From NCBI GenBank assembly GCA_001724265.1, contig MEDY01000056.1:1-64000 (forward strand): DNA of 64,000 nucleotides, written 5' to 3'. Within the stretch, counting starts at the first letter, position 1. Every line of letters begins with the position of its first letter. The translations under genes and the position numbers were made by a program. Positions 51,301 through 60,700 of this stretch are shown here, one piece after another. Origin of the DNA: Rhizaria sp. SCN 62-66. Lineage: Eukaryota. Under the pieces are notes generated by a model. The model did no database searches. It worked only from the letters and a program-made list of their open reading frames with translations, and was not told the DNA's origin.

Positions 51301-51323
51301 GCGCGGAAAAGAAGGATAAGTGA
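45324..51323 (+). CDS. STK19: Giant STK19 / winged-helix repair factor-like protein, 1999 aa, read through one in-frame TAG
   Basis: C-terminus SYLLSFSVP....WVSDISAGRRELLTVIKRRKGREI.L.DL...LAFHIKDLVVNGVVDYIAVGSGGVLR matches the STK19 C-terminal winged helix. ORFs 45324..46823 and 46851..51323 are in one frame, separated only by TAG. Stop TGA. Confidence 0.72.
46821..46823 (+). other. In-frame TAG in the STK19-like gene (context AHSNS*GGLTAVD)
   Basis: Same frame continues. Only 27 nt lie between the TAG and the next ATG, too short for an intergenic spacer of the kind seen elsewhere here. Confidence 0.85.
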
Positions 51324-51736
51324 GAGATGACGACGAAATCGGTCCATCTAAGTTATTCTTGATTACTTAGTCGATATTTAGTGAATTTGTATGGCATTTG
51401 AACTTGGTTTAGTTTTGTTACACCTCCTTCATGAACTTGAAAAATGTGATTTTTGTAGTGCGTGAGGGGATTACTGTTGAAATACAGAATATATTCATCA
51501 TCTGCAATGTACCAATCTATGTTCAATGATATACTATGATTTTACACAATGTGGGCTCTGTTCTGAAGCGCAGCATATCCGGTTGTGAAGGTCGTTGGAT
51601 CCACATCTTTTTTAGGAACCAACAACAGTGATCCACCACAAACCGCTCTGCAGGGACGGTCGGTTGTTCGGTCTGTCACGAGGGTGTTGGCCGATTATTC
51701 AGGCTGTTCTTTGTGAGTCCTACAACCCGTAGAATC

Positions 51737-52696
51737 ATGAGCAAGGTCCTTAACTACAAGCTTGTGCTTCTTGGTACGTGCATTTCCAAATTGTGACTCA
51801 ACATGGGATCACTAAACCCTGCATATCGTCCCGCCGCAGTCGCCATGCCCACTTGTCTCTCTTAGCCCCTTCCTCCTATAAACAACGGCTAGCCCTCGTT
51901 CAAGCTTGCGTCCCGTGTTCCTCTCACGATAGAATCATATCGTATTTCCTTCTGTTGTACTTGTCTTTTGTGCCTTCAGGCGAGGCTGCGGTCGGCAAGT
52001 CCTCCATTGTGGAGCGTTTCGTCAAGAACATGTTCTGCGACGTCAAGTACGCCACCATTGGCGCCGCCTTCCTCACCCAGACCATGCAGCTCGACGACTA
52101 CACCATCAAGTTTGAGATCTGGGATACCGCTGGTACGTATCTCTGGCCCTTTACAGCTCTCGTGTCGCTGTAGATTTGCTACTACTCCTCACTCTCTCTG
52201 TCGTCATCTTGGGTCACGTCAACCTTCATCCACTCCCCTCGCTCTCACCGTTTTCCCCCTGAACTTTGCTCTCATTCGACCCCACGTCCCCACAGGCCAG
52301 GAGCGTTTCCGCTCCCTCGCGCCGATGTACTACCGCGGCGCTGCGGCCGCGCTAGTCGTGTACGACATCACCGACAAGGACTCGTTCAACGGCGCCAAGA
52401 CGATCGTCGAGGAGCTCCAGCGTCAGGGTTCGGCCGACGTCGTCATCGCGCTCGCCGGCAACAAGAATGACCTGGAGGAGAAGCGCGAGGTCTGGGCCGC
52501 CGAGGCACGCGCCTACGCGCAGGACAACGGCTGCATCTTCTTCGAGACGTCTGCCAAGACGGCCGACAACGTGCAGGCCGTGTTCCAGCAGATCGCCGAG
52601 AAGCTGCCCAAGGACCGCGTGGCCGCCACCAACGAGTTCGTCCAGATTATCCCCGCCGACAGCAACGAGTCCAGCTCCTGGTGCTGCAGCAAGTAA
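51737..52696 (+). CDS. RAB5: Rab5-family small GTPase, 196 aa; exons 51737-51773, 51980-52132, 52296-52696
   Basis: [66 protein letters not shown]-terminal CCSK prenylation motif. Two GTACGT..CAG introns. Stop TAA. Confidence 0.92.
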
Positions 52697-53275
52697 GTGA
52701 ATCAGCTTAACGCGCACATCCACAGAAAGTCAAACCGCTTCGCGAGCTGCGTTGCGTTGAGCGCGCCTCACTACTTTGATGACGGACGATGACTGATGGC
52801 TAAGCCGCCGTTTGTTCACAGCCGTCGACTAGTTAAGGCAATATCCGTCACTTTGTTGTTGATTCGTATTCGTATATCGAGTTTTTTGAGGTTTCATGTT
52901 GTATGCACATATCTTTTTTGACAGCGCCACAAGTACAAAGCGACTGCGTGGCCGCCCCTTCCTTTAAACCTAAACCACTTCTACATAATTCTAGCTTCAT
53001 TCTTTAATAAAAACTACCACTTCAAAACATCAAACAGCGAACGCACTAAAGTAGCAACAAACTCAATCAACAGCACAAACTCTCTTCATGTCGGCAGCGG
53101 CAGCGAATGCACCGGCGCGGTGAGCGACGGAAACAGCGCGGTTGTGGCGGCGTAGGACGCCATCGAGTTGTTCGCAGCCCTGTTGCACCGGACGCAGCTC
53201 CACCTATCGCCATCGCCAACATGCTGCTGTTCAGGCTCAGCGCCGTCGCAGTGGCAAAACTGTCTGCGGCTGCCG

Positions 53276-55261
53276 TCAGCTGGGCTGCGCCGAGCGCAGC
53301 GCCGCCAAGACCACCGCCGCCGAGAGCGCTGCTGCCGCCGCCGGTGCGGGTGCTGAGAGAGGCGAGGGGTCCGTGTCGTGCATCGCCGCAGTGGCGGCCA
53401 CGGCGGCGGCGGTGAGGGCCTGGGTCGACAGCGGCTGCGCCGGCTTCACCGGCAGCAGCAGCATGCGCCCGCCGCTCGGCGGCGCCGGGGCGGCGACTGC
53501 TGGGGCGGCGACTGCTGGGGCGGCCGCGGGCGACTGCGACTGCACGCGTGAGGAGTTTGGCGCGGGAGCGACTGGTGAGCCCGTTGCTGCTGCATTCGAT
53601 ACAGCAGCAACAGCAGCAGCCGCCGCGGCGGCCGCAGCGGCTGCGACGGCAGCAGTTTCTACAGACGCAACAGCGCCAGCCGCCTTTGTATCGACTTGGC
53701 TGCCGACGGCGTCCTTGCCAGCAGGGACGGTAGCACTCACGAGACGGTTCGGGCTTTCATCAGTGTCCACGTCATTACTCTTGTTGGCCCTCCGTGTCCG
53801 TTTGACAGCTGGCGCAGCTGAGCGACTACCCCGAAGTACATCACCCTGACCAGACCTCGCACCCATCCTCGCACCCTTCTTGACCGCCACCAGCTCGTCG
53901 TCGCAGCTCTTGGCCAGCGCCGCGTACGTCATGCCCCGCGCGTCGGCCACCGCCACCAGAGCGGCGAGCTCCGGCGTCGCACTGTCACTGTAGCGGTTGG
54001 CCCACGCCCGCGCCGCCTCGAGCGCCGCCGCGTCCAGCTTCGTCTGCCGCACCAGCTGCGCCACAGACCGCTGCAGGCGCACTGCGCGCGCGCTCGAGGC
54101 CTCGGCGGCGCGCTCGCTCTGTGAAACCGCAGCGGCGCACTCGTTCTCGAGGCGCAGGCGCGCACGGCGCTCGCGCATCGCCAGCGACCGCTTGAGGCGC
54201 TGGGTAGCAGCTGCGTTGGACGCGTCTGCGCCTATGGCGGTGGTCGTGGCGGCGCGAGTGCGAGTTCGCGCGCGGACTCGTTCCGCAGAGGGAGTGGAGG
54301 GAGCTTCGAGGTCATCGGCACGATCATCGCTGTCGTTAGCGTACTCAACGTCATCAACCTCGTCCTCATCGTCATCATCCTCACTCTCATCATCGTCATC
54401 GTCATCGTCAGTGCCGGAAGCGTCAGAGGTATCGTCAGCGTCGGCGTTCCTGCGCTTGCGAGTTGTGCCAGGAGACCCCGGCCGTGGAGCGCTCCGCTGC
54501 GGCGTCTCCCCGCGCGCACCCATCTGTCCCCCCTGGTCTCGCGCGGCGCGTCGCACAGTGCGCGCGTGCAAACGCTGGACACAGGCCTCCTCGTCAGCGT
54601 GTGCCTAGTCGGCGGCGGCTTGGGCCTCTGCGGCCGCCCGCGCCGCCTCTGAGCGCTACGGCTGATCCCGCCTCGCCTTGCGGGAGTTCGGGTCCCGCTC
54701 CGAGAGAAAACCCAGCTCGCGGTCCTTGCGCGCCTGTACCGAGAGGCCCGACGAGGCGCGCCGGGAGCGGGGCAGCGTGGCCGTGGCGAGCGGTCTGCGG
54801 GCGCTAGCGCTTGTTCTCGCGGCTGCGCTGGTGCTGCGGGATCGGGCTGTGCGAGAATTGTTGTGTTTAGATGTGTTGTGGGCACGGGACGCCTTCCCAG
54901 AGCCAGTCATGTCGTCGTCGTCATCATCATCATCTCCATCTTGGTCCTCATCTTCGTCCTCGTCCGCGTCTTCGTCGCTGTTGCAATGATCCTCAGCTCC
55001 ATCTTCGTCCTCAGTTTCATCTTCGCCTGCGTCATCGTCTGCAGCCTTAACATCTGGATCAACATCAGAGCTAGCAGCGGTATCTCCGTCGCCGGTGTCG
55101 TTTCTGTCGACGTCAGTCCCACGATCACCTGCACTGTCGTTGTCATCGTTGTTGTCGATACCGTTGTCGCCGCAGGGCTGGCTCGGAGTCAGAACGGATG
55201 AGAGAGTTGCCTGATAATAGCCCTGAAGTTTAGCAGGACCAACAAACAAACCGCACGTCAT
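53276..55261 (-). CDS. Hypothetical acidic/Ala-rich coiled-coil protein, read through two in-frame TAGs; 5' end uncertain
   Basis: ORFs 54656..55318 and 53276..54571 are in one frame, linked by *RSEAARAAAEAQAAAD*AHADEEACVQRL. Coding-like composition throughout. ATG 55261 is provisional because a possible splice acceptor lies at 55223. No family recognised. Stop TGA. Confidence 0.6.
54605..54607 (-). other. In-frame TAG (context AQAAAD*AHADEE)
   Basis: 17 codons after the previous TAG. The frame then stays open for more than 440 codons. Confidence 0.8.
54656..54658 (-). other. In-frame TAG (context RRDQP*RSEAA)
   Basis: Frame continues through coding-like sequence. Confidence 0.8.
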
Positions 55262-55906
55262 GATAAACCGTGTCGTCTCAATGTTCAATCGTGGTTTTGA
55301 CGCAGTTCGCGACCACAAGGGTGTGCAATAGAGTCTTCTCTGTGTCAGTCAAGGTCAGCCAAAACTCTGAGCAAGGCCGGTATGGAAGCACCTATGGAGG
55401 CTAAGGGATACAACAATCGCCAACATATAAATAGCATAATGAATATTATTCCTTATCAAGAAATTATTCATAATCACGTATATACTTAGTGTGCGACATC
55501 ATTTTGCGAAGGCACATGAATGGCGGTCAGGGCGCAACCTTGCGCGGAGAACGATCAAGTTTTAGGATGAAATGATCGTCGATAGAGGAATAGATTGTAA
55601 AAAAAAGTAATAATACATAGGATACATTTAATGCAAAAACCATAGTAATTAGCAAAAACATCCCGCATCGCAGCAGGTTAAAATTGTATTGACGACTCCA
55701 GTGTTAACTTTAACACCTTTCTGTGGAGCAACGAACTCCGCTGGTGCTGAGCCTTATGACCACCCACGAAACAGCGATAATAAAACGTCTTAATATGTAA
55801 CTTGGTGTGCCTAAAACTATGTAACTAATACAGTCCCGCTGCAAAACCTCGCAATCTCACGCTAGATCCAATGATCGGCTTGTAGCGTAGTGTGTCATCT
55901 CGGCGG

Positions 55907-57055
55907 TCAGAAGATGAGCAGGCCCTCGGCGGCCTCTGCGCGGTCGCTGACGGTACGCCGCTCGCACTGCCCGCTGGCGGCCGCGCGCGTCTTAACCAGC
56001 GCGGCCAGCGCGGCGGGTGGCAGCGTCGCGGGGTTGGCCCCCCGCAGCGCCGCAGTCGTCCCCACCACACCTGCTCCCGCCGCTACAGCCGCCGCCGCTC
56101 CCGCCGCGCTCGCGTCGGAGGCGTCGGCGACCTCGGCCGCGGGCAGGCTGGCAATCGCGGGGATCGACCGGTCGCGAGGGAAGTAGACGACCGCCTCTCG
56201 GGGCGGCCCACTCGCCGCCACCGCAGCAGCAGCAGCAGCAGCCACAGCAGCGGCGGCGGCGTCGGCGGCGGTGGCCGACGCGGCGCTGGCGCGCGCGGCA
56301 GCCTCCTTGGCGTGCATGATCTGCGTGCTGTACGCGCGCTTGTATCGGTTAAAGCGCTCCTCGGCGGTGCGGCGCAGCGCCGTGTCGCCGTACACGAGGT
56401 CGTAGATGATGTCCTGCTGGAGCTCCTCGTACTCGCAGTACTCAGCCGCGGTGGCGAAGTGCTCGCGGCGCAGGCAGAAGGCCGGGGCAAGGCGTGTGCG
56501 CACCGAGACGTCGGTCTGGAAGCGCTGCTTGTCGAAGGTGTCGTCGGACCACGACGTGCGCGTGAGCACGCCCGGGCAGCCGGGCGTGGAGCAGGGGACG
56601 TCGGAAGTGACGTAGCCCGTGCACTTCTGGCAGCGCACGCTGCCGCAGCAGACCGAGTACTTAGGCCGATTGACCTTATTGAACGACTCGTTGCACGTGG
56701 TGCACTTGATCGCGTTGTCGAAGTCGTCGGTCGCGCTCGCGGTGGCGCTGGCGGCGGCCTGCTGGGTCAGCGCCGAGATGGACTTCTCGCCCTCACTAAG
56801 ATTCACGTCCGACGCCGCGGGCGCGTTGATCGTCGCCGCAGGGATGAAGTAGGCCCGCGAGCCCGCGGCAGAGGTCACCGTGGAGGCGGCAGACGAGCGG
56901 GCAGTCGCGTTAACATTTGTGGACACTGCGAATGATCCGGCAGAGTACGCTGGCACGGGGACGGCGGCCGCAGCGGGGCGCGCTGAAGCCGCAGCGCCAG
57001 CTAAGCGCAAAGGCTTCTTGCCAAGAAGTGACGTGTTTGGGCGCTGCAGACTCAT
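55907..57055 (-). CDS. MNAT1: CDK-activating kinase assembly factor MAT1 (TFIIH subunit, Tfb3), 382 aa
   Basis: RING-like CTTC...CCGSVRCQKC...C..PGC followed by TFD......DVSVR.RL...F..RREHF.T..EY.EY.E...DIIYDLV, and a MAT1-like C-terminus (R..EA..GL.IF). ATG 57055 preferred over 57226, which lies in AT-rich spacer. Stop TGA. Confidence 0.82.
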   Translation of the reverse strand: MSLQRPNTSLLGKKPLRLAGAAASARPAAAAVPVPAYSAGSFAVSTNVNATARSSAASTVTSAAGSRAYFIPAATINAPAASDVNLSEGEKSISALTQQAAASATASATDDFDNAIKCTTCNESFNKVNRPKYSVCCGSVRCQKCTGYVTSDVPCSTPGCPGVLTRTSWSDDTFDKQRFQTDVSVRTRLAPAFCLRREHFATAAEYCEYEELQQDIIYDLVYGDTALRRTAEERFNRYKRAYSTQIMHAKEAAARASAASATAADAAAAAVAAAAAAAVAASGPPREAVVYFPRDRSIPAIASLPAAEVADASDASAAGAAAAVAAGAGVVGTTAALRGANPATLPPAALAALVKTRAAASGQCERRTVSDRAEAAEGLLIF

Positions 57056-57728
57056 GTGAACGCGGTCAGCGGTCGCGCACGGTGGGTGCGAGCGAGAGTG
57101 GGGAGTGGTGGTACCAAGTCGCTGTCTTTGGGTCGGGTTGGAGGGCAAAACGAGGCCGAGTGACACTATCAAAACAGAAAAATAAACAAAGGTGAGTAAA
57201 AATAATATAAACGTGACTTTATCCATATTATATCGTCGTCTTCTGTCTGTGGTCCCTTTCTGGGCTGACCTCCCTGCTGGTGGTCACCGAGTCCCCTGTT
57301 GCCAATTTTTTTCGATGGCAGTCAGCCAGTCTTTCGTAAAAACGGTCCTGCGAATTTAAACCAAGCGATAGACCCGCCTAACTCCGTCGAGTGATGTATG
57401 ACTGTTTGTATGGATAACTATGTGTTTGTTAGTATATTATATTCAATTTATGACTCTTGAGGACGTGTCCTTACATGCTATCAAAAACCTCCTAATTTGA
57501 ATGTGGACCGTTTACCAAATCACCTCATGTCACAACGCGGCCACATGCCCTGCTCCAACCTTGTTTGCAAATCAAATGCACGGGGCGTATTTGTATTTCT
57601 ATTTTGTGTAGCTACCGTAAAAACCTAGTCAGCGCTTAACCCGACTTGATCCCCCCTCTGCCAGGCAGTCCGCACCCGCCGCCCCTCCCCTCTGCCCAAC
57701 TGCCCCACTCGCACTGTCTCGCACTGCC

Positions 57729-60700
57729 ATGGACGGCCGTCGCCCTCTTGCGGCCTCGGCGTCAACGACTTTTCCCGCCATGCACTCTTATTTTTCTCGC
57801 CCAGCCACCGCGCCCCCAGCGGCCGAGAAGGACGAGTACGGCGGCGATGACTTCTACGACAACAACCCTCAGCTGTCCCCCGTGCCAGCGCCCGCCGCAG
57901 CGTCGCCCGCGCCTGTCCAGGGCCCTGTCTCCGCGCATGCCGCGTCTGCCCGCCCCAGCGCCGGCACCGCCCGCCCCCCGTTGACGACCGGGCGCGCCGC
58001 ACTGTCGTCCTCGTCCTCGACTGCCCACCCTCCCTACAACAATAACAACGGCTATCCGAACCAAACCTACCACCACAGCCACGGCACCACAGGCCCCGGC
58101 GCCCACTCCGCCAGCAGCAACGCCTTGCTGTCGCAGACGGCGGCGCCCCTCTCGCGCCCGCCCCCGTGGCGCCCGCCGTCCTCGGCCTCCATCGCTGCGG
58201 CGGCCACCGCGGCGACCTCTGCCATCGCGCCGCTGCCTCTCGCGCGACCCGGGTCCGCGTCGGCGCGCAGCCGGCCAGCGACGCCCTCGCTGCTCGAGGC
58301 CACGCGCGCGCTCAGCCGTAGCCGCAGCCGCAGTCCCACGCGCGCCCTCGCCCTCTACAACGGCCACAACAGCGGCTACAACAGCAGCTACGGCAACGCC
58401 AACAGCTACGGAGACGGCTACGCTGGCGCCCCGCTGCCGCTGCGGGCGGGCCCCGCGCCGCCGCCCGCGCACCTGGCCTCGCCCGCAGCGGCCGCCGCCG
58501 CGCGCAAGCTGGCCGCGGACCGGTACATGGCGCGCGCCGCGGTGCTAGGCTGCCTCATGTCTCCCGACTGCGCGCTCTTCGCGGACTGCCCCGTCGCCGT
58601 CGCCGTGTCCGACGACGACGTCGACCTGCTCGTGCGTGTCGCGGCCGCCAGCGCGCGCGAACGTGAGGCTGCCGACGCAGCTGCGGCCGCCGCGCTGGGA
58701 TACTCCCCCGTGGCGCCCGATCAGAACAACGGCCATAGTACGAGTGCGGGGGGTGGCGCTTGGGTGGCGCTGCCTCCTGTTCCTGGCGCCAGTCCCGCTC
58801 CTGCTTTCGCGCATGACAACGGCTATATTAGCGTCACTGCTTCGGCGCGCGACACCGACCGCCCGCGTCCCTCGCGTTCCCAGTGGCAGCAGCAGCAGCA
58901 GCAGCAGCAGTCGCGCCGTCGCAGGCACCGCGACGACCACGATTTTCACATCGACGCCTCCCCCACTGCCGGGACGAACCCGCGCTCAAGCCGCAACAAG
59001 GCCAGCAACAGCAGAGACAAGGGCCGCGGCAGCAGCGGTGCGCAGAGCGGCGATGTTGCTGCGTACGCGGCGCCGCGGTCGGCCTCGATCCCGGCGCTGC
59101 TGGCGCTACGATACCTCTCCGACACGGGGCTGCGGTTTGACTCGTTCGACGCGCTCATGCTGGGCGTCAAGGCCGCGGCCGCAGGCGACGCCGCGCTGGC
59201 CGCCATGAGCGCGATGCCGCACTCGCGCCCGCTGCAGTTCCAGAACGCCGACGCCAGCGGGGCTAGCGCGACCGAGAACGCCGGCGTTGGCGCGGTGGAA
59301 GAGGAGACCGCGAGGCTCGGCCGCAGCAGCGGTGGCGGCGACAGGAGCGGTGGCGCGAACAACGGCGCGGCCCCCGCCGGCGGCCTCAGCGCGAGCGACA
59401 GCCGCGCGCACCTGCCGTCGGGTGCGCAGTGGCTCGCCGGCAGCGGCATGACCAGCCTGCACCACGGCGGCGCCGGCGCGGACGGCGCGGGCATCGCCTC
59501 GCTCGCGGGCGTGGCCGGCTTCGACTCGGATGCCCTCGCGCTCGCGCTCGCAGGCGCGGGCGACGGGCTCGCCTCGCTCCCGCCCGACGCCGCCGCCGCG
59601 CTCCGCGACCGCGCGTACTGCGACGCGAGCCTGTTCGCGCAGCCGTGCCCGCAGCTGATCCGGCGCGTGCGCGTACGCGTGGCGTGCGCGTCGCTGCCCA
59701 CGCCGCACGCCGCGCGCCCGGCGCCGCGCAGGCCCATGCTCGTGGCTTGGCGCAAGGGCCCGCGCGCGGGCGAGGACTGGGCAGCCGTCGCGGCCAGCGA
59801 GATCCAGAAGGCGTCCGACGACGCGGCGGCGACTGCCACGGCTGCGACGCTTGGCCCGGCCGGGCTCAAGAAGGGCAAGAAGGCCGGCAAGGACAAAGCG
59901 GGCGCCAAGAGTGGCCTCGCTGCCTCTGAGGGCGCTACTGACGGCAACGACGACACTGCAAAGGCGGGCGTTGGCACTGGCGCCGGCAAAAGCAAGGGCG
60001 CTGGTCGCGGCGCGGCGGTGGCGACGCCGACGTCGTACGAAAATGTGGCGCAGACCGAGACATACGTGCCTCCGGGCGAGCGTGGTGACGACTCCGACTC
60101 CGGTTCGGACTCGGACGACGATGACAACAAGACGAACAACAAGAACAACGCAAGCGTGACTCTCGACGCAAACGGCAATATTGTTCCCGCCGCGCCCGCC
60201 GCAAACGACATTAGCGTGAGCGAACGCAAGCAACAGCGCGTCGAGCGCCGCCGCCGCCGCGAGGCCCGCGCTCTGGCCGACGCGGAGGCTGGCGCGAACC
60301 CGGCCTTCGAGCAGTGCATCGAGATCGTCACGTGCGTGCCCGTCGGCTGGCGCGTCCCGCCGGGGCGCGATGACGCCGTGAAGGGCTCTCGCCAGCGCCG
60401 CGAGGATGGCAAGGACAAGGACGGTAAGCGCGGTCGCCGTCGTCGCGACTCCTCTGACTCGGGCTCAGACGCGAGCGACCGTGATAGCGCCAGCGCCTCC
60501 GAGTCTGGCTCGGACTCCGGCGACGACTCGCGCCGCCGTGGCTCTAGTCGCCGTCGCCGCCAGAGTCACCGCCGCGCGTCGCGCAGTCGCCGCCACCGCG
60601 GCCGCAGCGACAGCGACACGGGTAGCGGCAGTGGCAGCGAGAGCGACCGCCAGGACCGCGACCGCCGTCGCCGCCGCCGCCACCGCCGGAGCCGCTCTCG

